Assembly (NCBI GenBank): GCA_963693365.1
Contig: CAVNZM010000006.1
Span: 3,658,001 to 3,722,000 of the forward strand
Direction: 5' to 3'
DNA from: Amoebidium appalachense
Taxonomy: Eukaryota > Protista > Ichthyosporea
DNA length: 64,000 nucleotides
Shown here one piece after another: positions 12,760 through 63,105 of this stretch (positions are counted from its first letter, which is position 1; the number at the start of each line of letters is the position of its first letter). Under the pieces are notes generated by a model that saw only the letters and a list, made by a program, of their open reading frames with translations, had not been told where the DNA came from and did no database searches. The position numbers were made by a program, and so were the translations under genes.

Positions 12760-14342
12760 GAGAGATAGCCCAATTCCGGAAATAAGTGGAAATTATTTCC
12801 GAAAATTTCCATTTCCAGAAATTTCCGGAAATAGGATGGAATTTTTTTTTCTTTTGACTGGATTCATTCGACGGAAAGATATGCAAGTATGCACGGCATA
12901 CTGAGAAGAAAATAAAAACTTCACGAGTTATCCAGTAACAAGTGCATACTGAGATACCTGAACACTGTGTGAAAATCATATAAATACTCAATGTGACGAC
13001 CAACAGAATTCAACAAAAAGTCTGAAGTGTTCACATTGCCAGCCAGTGTAGCAGACACCCGTATACGGAAAGAGGTAAAACGCGACATGAAAACTCACAC
13101 CTATCAACATGCTTTCGATTAAAAAGTTCAGCACAAAAGTGGCACCAGCGGCGATGGAAACAAGAATTACAACGCCACTGCACAACTTCCCAGACAATAT
13201 CAACATCAGAGCACCATACAGACTTATCTACTAGGGTGGTATCCATACGTACAGCAGGAGAAATGTATCCTGCCAAAGCTCCCAAATTTATAACAACCAT
13301 AATGATCAGTACGGTGTTGCCTAAGGAACATAACACATGCCGACTGAGTTTTACCTTTGATTTCTCTATCAGAACGAGAAAGACATTTATCTGCGTATGG
13401 CAATAACTCGAAAAGGCAGAAAAAACAGGAAGAGAAAAGAAAGAGGCAGTGAGATAACGAGAGGAAGAATAAGGTTGAAAGAGGGTAGGCTGAGGACATT
13501 CAGAAGTGGCGTTGGTGAATCGGGGGGGAAGAGGGATGGAGGGAGGGGGGGGAAAGAAAGCATAAAGAGGGTGACCATCACGTATCCTAACTAAATGAAA
13601 ACAAAAACGAAGAGACAATTCCTCCATACGACAAACAGCAGACGACAATCCAAACATACTGATTAAGGGAGGCACAAACCGAGTACGAAACAAAGTGCGC
13701 AGCGCAGTACCCTGAAAATCGTCGAACTCTTTGAGCGCCACGGCCGCCTCGCGAGGTGGGGCGCGGGCCAATAGCGGAAGTCCATATTCGAAAGTCGGCC
13801 GTAAAAAAGTTTTATAGTAGAGAAGAAGGTTCGCAGGATGGATCACAGACTCCCGTTGAGACATAATTTGACACGATGTGAAGCTTACCCTTCGCACCTC
13901 GAGAGCGATCCGTGCCGTGAGGAGCTTGCGGAAATCAATACCCCGTGCAGTAAAAGGAATACCCAAATAGTCATAGGTGCTCTGACTGTCTGAACAGGAA
14001 TAGGAAGACCGGCCAATCGAAAAGGATGTTTTTTACGAAAAAGTAGCACACTTTGCAAGTCCGACTGTCATAAATTACACCGGCCCAGATAGGTAAGTCG
14101 GATGTATTTTTCGAATTAAATTTTCGGAAATGTCCAATTTCCATGACTAAGGTGGAAATTTCCAAAATTTCCACTCGATCGCGTAGGTAACCGTGAACTT
14201 AGAGGCATTTCCATCTGATTTCCAGAAATATGGTGATATGTACTTGTACAAGTATATACATAGTTCATTCATTAAAAAGGAAAGGCTTTCCCTGTTTTTC
14301 TAAGGTTCCTGCATTGTCAATACACGACACTATCCACACATA

Positions 14343-14379
<37 letters not shown>

Positions 14380-14842
14380 AAAGTGAAAATTTCCAAAAAT
14401 TTCCAATAGCTTAGGTAAGAAGAGGGCGGCTTTCCATTCATTTCCGTCTGATTTTGGAAACTCTCGGATAGCATATGGTGATCTGTACTTGTTTGTACAA
14501 GTATTTACATAGTTAAAGCGAGTCGTTTAAAAGGAAAGCTTTCACGCCTGTCGTGAATCTGAGGTTCCTGTAGTATATGAAGTACTAACTGCATGCATAT
14601 ATATACGTCCACGTGCACTGCAGCTGCCATGCTTGCATACATGTAAGCACATGCAATATGGGATCTTCTTCAAAGGAAATTTCCGGAAATTTCCCGTTCA
14701 ACGTAATAATAATACTAGCATATATATATATATATAATACTATAGGTGTTGTGGAGATAGGTTTCTTGGCGTGAACCCCCCAAACCCCCGTCTCTCTAGA
14801 TTATACTGGATAGAGATCTATGGATAGGAGAGGTACGGTCAA

Positions 14843-14879
<37 letters not shown>

Positions 14880-15120
14880 AGGGGCCAGGCGGAATTTTTT
14901 TTTTTTTTCTTTCGAATAAATCCAGTCAAAAGAAAAAAATTTCAAACCTTAAATGACTGATATTTTAATGATTATTTTTGATTAGCGTCGGAAATTTCCG
15001 GAAATTAAGGAACTATTTCCATTGGATGCAACATCTGTCTGAGTAATTTATTGTTTTTGTGCGGTGGAAATTCACAAAGTGGAAATTTCCGGAATATTTC
15101 CGGAATTAGGATAGGTATAC
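12760..15120. mobile_element. Non-autonomous DNA-transposon-like element with imperfect terminal and subterminal inverted repeats and an 8-bp TSD
   Basis: AATCACGC flanks both sides (12752-12759 and 15121-15128). The left end tagcccaattccggaaata matches the right-end reverse complement tatcctaattccggaaata. Subterminal ttttttcttttgactggattcattcga (~12845-12871) is inverted at ~14912-14940. There are many GGAAATTTCC palindromes and an internal ~250-bp direct repeat (14215-14330 / 14460-14570). No transposase seen. Confidence 0.7.
13031..14070 (-). pseudogene. 5'-truncated non-LTR (LINE) retrotransposon fragment: RT C-terminal/thumb region plus Cys-His motif
   Basis: Motifs YDYLGIPFTARGID, LLLYYKTFLRPTFEYGLPLL and C-terminal QWRC...CHFC...H...C. 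Degenerate GLAKCAT lies upstream with a stop and frameshift. The YADD core is absent. Confidence 0.8.
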
Positions 15121-16967
15121 AATCACGCATTTGTTGATGTAGCTATGATTGGTCAGCTACGCATCCAGATCTCATGACTTGGCTCGTGCACTCACTCGAG
15201 GTTCTGCAAAAAGTGGGGCTGGAGTAGGCTCTTGAATCGTTTGCTATTCTGCTTTTCCTACAATCAAAAGCCTCATGAGAAAAAGAGGGCTCCATAATAC
15301 TAACTGAAGATTCATTAAAAAAGTGACGATCATCAGCTTTTCATAGGAGTTGAATTGACCATCATTGATGCGCATGCATGTCCTTTACATACACGTTCTT
15401 TTATGCTTGCGCCAGTCCCCAATACATGTGCACATTCTTGTGCACAGTACACCCCATTAAGGACTCCAGCAGAATGCACGACATTCGCAACACCACCTCT
15501 GTACCCTGTATCCAGACTTGTTCCGGACCGTTTATTCTTCCAGTATTAAATCCTCAAAGACCTTCATTCATGGAATTTTAAATGTAACACCACACACAGT
15601 GTGATACTGTATGTGCCACGTGAATGTGTCTATTATTATACGTGTGTTATAAATCAGGCAAGTTTTGTATTTCAACCAAGCAATTCCAGAGAGATTACCT
15701 TCTCCCGACACCCGATGAGCTGTGCTTGTGCATGCCGAAATCGGCTGTACGAACACAGGTAAGTGAGGTAACACACCACAAGTCGAACAAGACATGTCGT
15801 TGAAACAGCACTAGAATGAATGGGAGCCGAAACCATGCACCTGATTGGCTCACACAAGAGCAAATGCTAAATGCCTGCATGCACCCGACCCGCCGGAGTT
15901 CTTAGTCGACCAAGCCCACAACACTTCCAGAGTTGCACATGGTGAAAACCTAATTTTAGGAATTGTATGCATTATGGTAAGAGATCGCCGTCTCATGTTC
16001 CGAATTGTCCCCAGTACGTTTGTAGGTGGTAGCACCATTGAATGTTAGTTAGTGGGCTGAAAGCTAAACGAACTTTTTCTCGGTGTATCGCACGAAGTCG
16101 TGTTTGTGGTTAAACCTACGCAGGGTTATGCACCACAGAACTTCACAGCTGATGTGTGATGAATCAAATTTGAGTGCATAGGCACCCCAACAGTCTAGAC
16201 GTCTCAACCACAACGTAAAACTTGGAACTTGTGGTTGGTAGCATTTATTTCGAATGCAGCATAATCCTAAGCACACGCGCAGCACACAACAAGTACATTT
16301 ATCTTAAACGTGCTTGTCGGGATATTCAAGTATCATCATATCATCGTCTCCGGAGTATAGTGTGACCCTGCACCCCCGAAATTCAATTTAAATTTAAAGT
16401 CGCAAGTTGAACGTGTCTCAGTTGAAAGCGTCCCCACAGTACTAGTTTTTGAGTTGAAGAGATTCAGATTTTTTTTAAAGAGGAATTTCAAATTGCCAGA
16501 CTCAACGAAACACTGGCCAAAAGGCTAAAAGACACAGAAGCATTTGAGATGGTTTCTTTTTTTCAGTTGTAAATTTCCTTTTGCGGGATTCCTTGTTTGT
16601 TGCACATTTAAGCACCGGACACACGTGTCTAAAGAACATTCAACACGTCTGCTCGGCAAACTTAGTCAGGCACAACGAAATCCACTCGACATAGGTCTTA
16701 ATACCAAGGTAAGCCATACTCATATGCATAGTACAGCTCCCAAGCGGCAAATCATCGGAAAGACCATATAACAATAGCTGTAAAGACGTAGGCATGGAGC
16801 AGGGGGCTCAATAGAATGCTGCCAGAATAACTTGTGAAGCCCCCCCCCCCCCCCCCCCCCTCCCCCTCCTTCCCCACCCGCACCGTAAAAAATAAAGGCC
16901 AAAAATAATTGCATACCGTATGCAATTTTTGGGCCTTTATTTTCTGAGGTGCGGGTAGGGCGGGGCC

Positions 16968-17001
<34 letters not shown>

Positions 17002-17236
17002 GGGAGGGGGGGGGGGGGGGGGGGCAAACACATAAGCAATTGTATGATTAGCCCAGCATCGATTAAACCACCACAGAGACCCAAGTATGAACACTTGCAG
17101 TGGTTCTCCAAAGCACATCAGCACAGCCACGTTCGCTGCGTATCCACATTCTAACTCAAAGCACACAACACCCACTAAATACACACACTCCAACACACGA
17201 ATCGTAACCTGAAATATTTCATCCGCAGCCTCTACC

Positions 17237-32750
<15,514 letters not shown>

Positions 32751-33759
32751 GAAAATTCAAGTTATGAATTCTACGTTTTGCTTATGGATCAAGTCTCGAA
32801 AATACTATCGCACTGTAACAGTTACTCGTTTTCATCTAAATGCGGCTTTTGTCAAGGCTGCATCCCCCCCCCCCCCCCCCCTTCTCCCCCCCCCCCCCCC
32901 CCCTCCCTACCCCCCCCCCCCCCCCCCTCCGCCCCCGCCCCGCCCCCTCTCGCCCGACCCAAACACAAACACACGCACACCAGCCCGCCCAAACCCCCTG
33001 CCGGCACCCCCTCCAATTTGAGTACCGTTATAATACAGATTAGCCGGGGGAGAGTTAGACTTTCTGTCAAATAGTTTGTTTAAGCACGAGCGCCCAATAG
33101 ACTTTAGCTTAGCACGGTATAACTAGTCTGAGTCCATGGAATGCGTTAAAGAAACACCCTCAATTCTATACGCTTAGTTATATTTCGCAAACAACCTGAG
33201 GCTGCATGTACGAATATGATATCAATAATCTGAAAGTGATATTATTATTGTTACTATGATAATGTCATCTATATGGTAACCCGTTTTGTCCCCAGATCCG
33301 AAGGAGCCCCCTAGCAGCCCGAGGGTTCCTTATAAGACTAACGTAAAGTACCACCGTCATCCACTAAGCACCGACTGTACTTTTGCTAAAATGCTAATGG
33401 CGCAGTAAGTCGAAGTTACTAACTACTATTAGTTGACACTTTTGTATCCCAGGGGGTTTGAAACAATTATAGGAAATTATGGTAGTACATGAATACACCA
33501 CCAGCAAATATAAATGTCCCGAAATAAAAATGCTTACAATCCTTCTATGATGATAGTTGCTTGTTGGCTGACTGAAATAGATCGTGTAAATGGTTCACAG
33601 AACACCCCTCCCCACCCCCCACCCCCCTTCCCCCCATCCCCCCGCCCCTCGTCCCCCCCCCCGCCCCCCCCTCCCCCCTCCCCTTCCCCCTTCCCCCAGG
33701 GGAACCCCCCTTCCTGCTGTCCTCGCCCACCCCCCACCCACCATGTCAACCCCTCTCGG

Positions 33760-34860
33760 TGACACACGTACGCCCGTAACACGTACGCGCGCACACACAA
33801 GTACACGCGCACACACCCGTGGCACATGCACGCGCACGTGCACACACACGCGTTTGCACACACACCCACACACCCACACAGACACTGGCACACACACTGT
33901 TGGTATGACACACACAAATACGCACATACACACACACACGCACACGCACACACACACAATGAGTTCTCATTGGTAACGCTTTTGATGCACGTCTTTCTTT
34001 GCAGTACTAGCATGTTGCCAGTTTTTTCGAATGGGTATGCTATGTCTGCTACATGTAAACTAGGTAGGCTCCTCGGTAAAAATGGCTCTTCTTATATTCT
34101 TCTTACCTGAATTCGAAGCATGTTACCAGACATGTACCGTTTCACGCAGGGGAATCCGATTTCACGTGTGTAGTATGTGACATCGTGTGCACGCGTACGT
34201 GTGTGTGTGTGCATGCGTGCGTGCGTGTGTGTGTCATGTGAACGGCCATGTGCTTGTGCGTGTGTGCGTATATGTGCGTGTTTGCCAACGGTGTCACTGC
34301 TGTATCATGCATATGTGTATGTGTGTGTGGTTGTGTCGTGTATGTATATGCGTGTGCGCGCGTTTGTGTGTGACACTTTGTGTGTATGCGTGCGTGCGTG
34401 CGTGCGTGCGTTGGTGCGCGTGCGCGCGCGTGCGTGCGTGCGTGTCTGTACTTTGTGTGTGTGTGTGCGCGTGTGTGTATGTATATGTGTGTGTGTTACA
34501 CACGTATGTGTACAGAAGTACATGTGTGCACATGCGCATGCATATTATATGTGTATGTGTGCACGCGCGCGTGCATGTGCTACGGATGTGTTTATACATG
34601 TCACGGGGCGTGTACACGTGTGACCATGTGTGTGTCGTGTGTGTGTGTGCGTGTGTACGTGCGTGTGTGTGTGTGCGCACGCGCGCGTGTGTACATGTGT
34701 TCATGCGTGTGTGTGTGCGTGTGTGTGAGTGTGTGTACATGTGTGTGTGCGTGCGTGTGTGTTTGTGAGTGTGTGTGCGTGTTTGTGTGTTGGTGCATGT
34801 GTGCGTGTGTGCGTGCATGTGTGTGTGGGTGTATGGGTGCACGTTTTTGTGCCTGTGAGT
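33760..34860. repeat. Long degenerate alternating purine-pyrimidine tracts (CA-rich 33760-33960; GT/GC-rich 34177-34860)
   Basis: Directly visible; intergenic. Confidence 0.85.
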
Positions 34861-35618
34861 GATAGATCTAGATCTGGCGATCTGCATAGTTGATTCTTTC
34901 AAAGGAAGATCTAGATCGGCATTTGACAGGACTCTGCCAAGTATTGTGCGTCGCAGAGGAAACGATAATCAGAAAACATGCGCTGGAATCACGCATTGTG
35001 CGTTGCTATATTAGAAACGAGAGAGTGTATTTACAACTGTATTGTAGATATGTTCTCTCTGAAACTTCATTAGACTTAAGCTACAGTGCTCGCAAATATG
35101 GACCCTGGAGCTCCCTGTCCCGAAAAATTCCACAAAAAAACTGAGAAGAGAAGGATTGGATAACCGGAGGCTAAAACATTCCAAGAATGTCAACACATCC
35201 AGCGAAAAATTGGGGTCCAAAAGACAGTCTCGACAAAATAAGAAATTAAGAAACCATATTTGCCTAGATAACTTCTGCATTCGTGCATATTCTTTGATAA
35301 AGTATAGAATAAATGCGTTTTAAAAAAAGATCTGTTTTAAGTTGATTTATAGCAAAACAACTAGCTGCATAACTGTACAGTATATGTTTGTTTAAATTGT
35401 TTTAGCCATTTGGGAATTTCGGCCCCATTGAATCTACATATGCAGTATGGGGTGACGCCGCCGATTATCCGGGACCTGCAGCTGCAGCCTGTTTCTCTCG
35501 CAGAGACTACAAATAGTTTGAGGCAAGCCAGCTCTCAACGGCTACAGGAAGGTAGAAGGGCGGAAAAAGCGTCAATATTAGACACCTTTGTCTCGTTAGA
35601 AATATTGATAACTGGAAA

Positions 35619-37813
35619 ATGAAGTCTCTTATTCTTCTTGCTCTTTCCGGCGCGGCCCTTGCCCAGACTTCGACCCCTGCCCCTGGTGAGTCATACAAGC
35701 ACTTACGTGAAGGCATGCATCTCCACGATGGTGTTGTTATAGGTAGATGGGTAGAGTTCAGCTTCAAGCTAAACATGTTTACCTGAGAAGCGGCACACCT
35801 GCTCTCTTAGTTTCCTTTGCAAATGTGCGCTGTATGTTTGAAAACATGGATATGGCCATGCCAGAATTAAGGGCTGCCACATGAGCAGCTTTCTTGCGTT
35901 ACTTTTGGGAGTGGGACCACTTCACGGTTTTACTCCTTCGCCAAAACCAAACTTTGTGATACTTTTGCACGCGAAGATGACATAGTAATCTCACCAAGTT
36001 CTTTTGTCATGTACTGTCACGACTAAACTTAGCGCGCGTTCAAAACTCCCCACTAACCACAGGGGACTCTACTCTGATGGTCGCAAAGTGTTGCTTTGTT
36101 TGTGTGTCTCGCTGTTTTTACAACTGCAATGATTTCTTTTTCTTACACGGTTGGGCTTGTGGGACAGATAAATGCATGGCACTTTCCGGTTGCAAGAATT
36201 GCCTTGCAAAGGAAGGCTGCCAGTATGTGCCGGCTGTAGGAATGTGTGCCTCGAATAAGCACCGCATGCCAGTAAGTGTTTGTATGTTGGGGCTTTACGT
36301 TTCTGTGGGCTGGTGAAGGTTTGTGTTTAAAAAAACATCAAAAAAAAACGTGATATCTCCACATATGATCCATACAGTACCACCCTGTAACGGCGTTATC
36401 TATATATGCACCCTGTTGAACGAAAGCACTGTGGGCTTTGGTGCCGGCACTTCATCACAGCTCACATGCATGTCAATAATAAACAGCACATTCCCCTCCA
36501 ATGAATACCGTAGAGCGGATATGTCCACCAGAAACAAAGGCGTTTTGTAAGTAATGCATGTCTTTGGGTTAAGTGGGTATAAAAACGTAAAATTAAGATA
36601 AAGTTCCGTTTTTTCCCTATCAATCCTCGGAGCCGCTGTTAACGAGAGAACGAGAAGCATTTTTGGAAAACCTGCAACATGGGTCCTACCACAGCCCAAA
36701 AAGAAGTAGGAAAAGCTTTTTCTCTACATATGCAATTCTTCCTTTCTTCCTAGCAACCGCCTGGGACGGCCGTCGGTTTTTTCTTTTTTCTTTTATAAAA
36801 AAAAAAATTAGCTCTGGAAACGCAACCCTCACAAACAGTTTGAACTTGCAGAGTAGCGAGCTAATATGTAGGAAAAAGATTCACACAATCGTGTCATACG
36901 GAACACCTTCTCAGATATTGACTAACCCCCCTCCCCCCCCCCCCCCCCCCCCACACACACACACATAATCATTTATTTTCCTCCCTTTTTCTAACCAGTC
37001 CCCCCTCCCCCCTCCCCCTTCCCCATGCAGGAGCTTGTGTGGTTCGACGCATCGCAGTGCCCGGAAGTCGAGGCACCCTTCCGTGCACAATGTCTCACGT
37101 ACACCAGCTGCAAGGACTGCATCGACAACAAGTGTGCCTGGGGCAGCCCTGCAACTATAACCCCCACCGGCATGAATTTCGGCAACGGCAGCTGCTACCA
37201 CAGCCTGACATGCCCAGGACCGGTGCGTACAACCCCCCATGCTCACCTCCCCGTTTCCGCTCAAGCGAAATTAAACGCACAACACGAACAGGAACGCGCA
37301 CACGCGCGAGTGCGCGCGCACACACACACAGGCACAGGCACATGCACAAGCACAGGCAAATGCCACACAGACCCATCGACTTGCCTACTCCTAATAGCAG
37401 TATAAACCCCCCTTGCTAATTTCTGCACAAACACGACGTTTGCATTTCATTCTACGTGCTGCTGCGTGTTCGGTGTGTGTACGCTACCCCGTTCTATTCC
37501 TCAATCTCCCCATCCCCCCCCATCCCCCCCCCCCCCGCCCGCCCGCCAGGTAGTTGTATACCCCATTTTTGCAGAATACACCCGCATTATGTGTTTTTAT
37601 GGCCTTCGAAGGTCCTAATTCACTCAGCCTAGCCACCTAACACACACACGGCAGCAAAACACAAACGGTGGTGTGATTGTGTGCTTCGACAAGGTCGAAA
37701 GCTGCCCTGCCGGCACAGCCAGTGGCACTGCCCCATCTGCTGCTGCTTCCCATGCTCTTCGCCCAGTGGTTAGGCCTTTGCCCCGCCCCATTCCTCGCCC
37801 TAACTTTGGTAAT

Positions 37814-37844
<31 letters not shown>

Positions 37845-38391
37845 CACGCCCTTACCTCCTTTCTTGCAACAACTAGTTTCTGAAAAGCGTCCGTCAATCT
37901 ACATCATGATGTGTTTTCTAGCCTTGAAGCAGTATCATGCCACTGCCTGCGTCAGCAACCAGGCCCACCATCCACATACTTCATCACATAGCATTCTCAG
38001 CACCCCTACCCCTTCACACACCACACCACACCCCTTGCACGTATCCATCAACCCCACAATCAAACACATTACTCATTCCCTTTCCTACTGCACACATACT
38101 CGCCTTCATACACCGAGCCACGCTACTTCCATATGCCTAATAAACCGATGGGGCCATCATAATACACATGTTCAATTTTTCTAACACAAACACACACACA
38201 CAGGCTGCCCTACGGCAAAACCAACCACGGGAGCCACATGCCCCACCGGTCCCCTCGCCCCACGGCTGTGCACATATGACGTCAAGTGTGGCTGCCTGAA
38301 CCAATCATTGTGTGTCGCCACAACGGAGGCGGAATGCAAGGATGGAATTTGGTTCGTCTCCACAAACCCATCCAAGTGTATTCAGGTCTAA
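35619..38391 (+). CDS. Secreted Cys-rich protein with two PSI-like modules, a Pro-rich linker and a C-terminal Cys-rich module (5 exons)
   Basis: Exons 35619-35685 (signal peptide MKSLILLALSGAALAQ), 36168-36271 (CMALSGCKNCLAKEGCQYVPAVGMC), 37031-37222 (CLTYTSCKDCIDNKCAWG...C), 37655-37808 and 38204-38391 (CPTAKPTTGATC..CTY..C...CKDGIWF..CIQV*). All GT-AG and in phase. Confidence 0.8.
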
Positions 38392-38663
38392 CTTTGGCCC
38401 GTATGACTTAACAAAGTGATACATAGATGAACTCGTATCGTGCAAGATTAGTTCATGCTGTCAAGCTTGTCAAAGTCACCACTTTGTGGTTTTTTGGTTT
38501 TCAAAATACGGGGTTTCACAGGCAGTGTCGGGAATTGAACCGGTTATAACTCGTCTTGTTCCAACATTTTTTTCTAATCCTGCAATCTAGTATTGATGTT
38601 CCACTAACCCGGTTTTCTATTTCTTCACTTCTGTTAAGCCCATAAGAATATCGTGCATACTTT

Positions 38664-38899
38664 CAGTCACCGACATGAAGGCAGACACAATCACAGAGCC
38701 TAATTCGGCCCTCCGTACGTGATCATCATCCAATCGAGCAGGATTAAATCTATGGAATTCGACACTCATTGGCTGTGGAAAAAAGCAGAGGGGGGGTAAA
38801 AGGGGTAAAAAAAGGTGCTGCACTAATAATGGTCAAATCAAAACGCCTAATTTTTGGTTAGATAGGTTGTCATTGGGTCTGCCTTCATGTCGGTGACTG
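38664..38899. mobile_element. MITE, Tc1/mariner-like
   Basis: Perfect 23-bp inverted repeat cagtcaccgacatgaaggcagac / gtctgccttcatgtcggtgactg starting with CAGT. The right flank is TA; the left flank is TT. Confidence 0.65.
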
Positions 38900-38979
38900 T
38901 AATTGTGGTCTGACAAACGAACATACCACATTTTTTCGGGCCATTAATAATACTTCCCTTTTACTGCTACAACGGGGAA

Positions 38980-39014
<35 letters not shown>

Positions 39015-40173
39015 CTTTCTTTTTTTTTGGGGCATGTATATGCATGCATGTGTGCGTGTGTGGCCTCGGAACGGGGAGGAGGGATGGGCTCCAGGTGTGT
39101 GTGTTTGTGTGTTTTTCGCGCACATGTGCTCGGGTGTGTGGGTACACACACCTAGACAAATCATCACACGCACATATGCACACACATCATAACAACCTCG
39201 GGCAAAAAGATGGAACTCATTTTCATGGAAGATCATGGTCATGCTTGCAAATTGTCAGACAAATGTAAATATGACTTGCAGCCCGGGGGCCCTCTTATTA
39301 CCATCCCGTGACGTAAGTTCCGTGACTTCACGACTGAAAAGCGTGTGTGTGTGCCTGTGTGCGCCGCGGAGGTGTGGGTGGGGAGGGGGGGAGGGGGGGG
39401 GGGGGAGAGAGAGAGAAAACATAACATCAGCAACATTGATACAAGAGGGCACATGTACAGCCTATGGCACGGGTTTGCCATATTTCACCTTTCAAATGGG
39501 TCAGGTACTCATGACACCACATTTATAACTGATAGCTACTGGATGTGCCCACAGTATACAACTGTGGTGCACATGCGGCAGACAGTGAATAAAATTCCCT
39601 CTCTTTCAAGCCCATGGTGTTAGCACTCACTGTTTAGCAGTGCAGCTAATGGTGACCTAAACACGTGTGAAGAGAAGGATCCAGAGAGAAAGTCATGGAA
39701 GCATCTACCGTAGTGACATCAGTGGCAGTTTGATCACAAGATCTATCACCAATGATTTGTCGGCACATCTCGATTGCACACCTTATATGGCAAATGCCTA
39801 AAAAAGGCAAATGTCATTTGCAAGCAACGCCAACAATTGCGATAAAGGACAGTTGACGTTCACACGGCAATCAATTATATCGCCATGTCAACGCCAAATT
39901 TTTCGTTTACGCCGCACTGAGAAACCCGCCCAAAAACTCCGAAAAAATCATTATATTATAAAATTCCGTGCAGTAGCTCTTCTCTCGTCAAGACAACGTG
40001 TCGTACGATTGGAGACTTGCTGGTGCCCTATGCCACGCCATAAACACCTACGCAAATATCAACGCAATGTCAGCACATAGATAAATATTAATTTGGCATC
40101 AGCACAAAGATCAATTGAGGGTTAAGAACCCTTGTTCTTTATTCCATTTCCCAATTTTGGAAATAATCATACC

Positions 40174-50638
<10,465 letters not shown>

Positions 50639-52014
50639 CTTAGCCGTGCTGTTTAACGGTTGTGTACGTGTGTGTGGCTCTGCCAAGAACAGACCATGAA
50701 CCTGGGTCACTATCAAACCTTTCTGGAGTGGACTGATAACGTTCCAGTGCATACAGCCTATATGGCACCGTTTTCTCACATGCTTGCGCACGCGGTGTGC
50801 CAGCTAGTCCGGAAATCACCGGTTTCAGCAAATGGTTCTTGGCACGGACAAGACCACAGCCTTCTTGCACGGAGCTTTGAAGTTATCAGTCGTGATTTAC
50901 CCAAATGCATAAGCAGTTTACTACAACCCCCGCTGCACGGGGCTTTGTGGGATGTGTTGTGTATCCTGGACGTGTGTGTCATACCCTTGGTGCCGGGTTT
51001 TTACAAAAGGGGAGGGGAGGGAATCAATATAGAAGGGGGCAGGGAATCAATATAGAAGGGGAGAGAGGGAAGGGGGGCGGGGGAGGGGGTCTGACATTTG
51101 TATTGGAGGAGGGACACGTGTGATAAGTGTTGAGGGAAAGGCGGCTACAAAACGTCTGCATACAAGAGACTGGAGGTTGCGCGTAGGAGCAACAGGCAGC
51201 GACTACTGTGGAAACAAGTTCACCGAGCCAAAAGTACTCCTTTAGCATCCACTGAGTTCTGACAGGCATGTACGGCACGAGATGGGTTGTGCTGCCGTAA
51301 CTGTTGATTAAACCCATAAGGGCCCATGGTGTGTTTCATCTTTAAACCACCAGTGTCTGTGCGAGTGTGTGTGTACGCGCACGTGCACGTACTCACACGT
51401 GCTTAAAGCTTCAGACAGCTTTATTACAAAGAGTGACCAAACGGAGACACCTTGGTGTGCCGTCGAAGACTTCTACCAGATGCATTTGTACCAAACTTAC
51501 ACATAGCTCCAAATTCTAAATTTATATACTAATGTTCACCAGCACTGTAAGTGAGATTTCCAAGCCGAACTTCGCCTACAGTTGCAAGTTCTCTACTACG
51601 GCCTAGCGCCTTGACCCGGACAGTCTTGCCGCCATATCTGTCCTTTATTTGCAAGTTCACTCGCACACCCAATTGTGTCATTCCGATGGAGCTGACACTT
51701 GCATTACCTTAGATGATCTTTCAGCATCTCAATGACTTCGTATTCGTACTTACACGTACGTACACCCCCTCCCCTCTTAAGAAAAAAAACACGCAGTTCC
51801 CACACCCCATTACTCCTCCCCCTGCATGCCCACATCACCAACACCACCACGCACTGGCATGCCATCTCAACATCTGCAGCCATGCCACCTACATTTCACA
51901 CGCTCTGCTTTCGTTCAGATAATCTTAGTATCAACGGTGATCAACAACACGTCGCTTGCCCTTTTGCCACACAACAATGACATTCCATTAATCGTCGAAT
52001 TTCATGACATTCCA

Positions 52015-63105
<11,091 letters not shown>

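Noticed and set aside
38617-38823. Minus-strand ORF (MSVEFHRFNPARL...) as a terminal exon
   Set aside because: It lies mostly inside the MITE and has no link to ADAT1 motifs.
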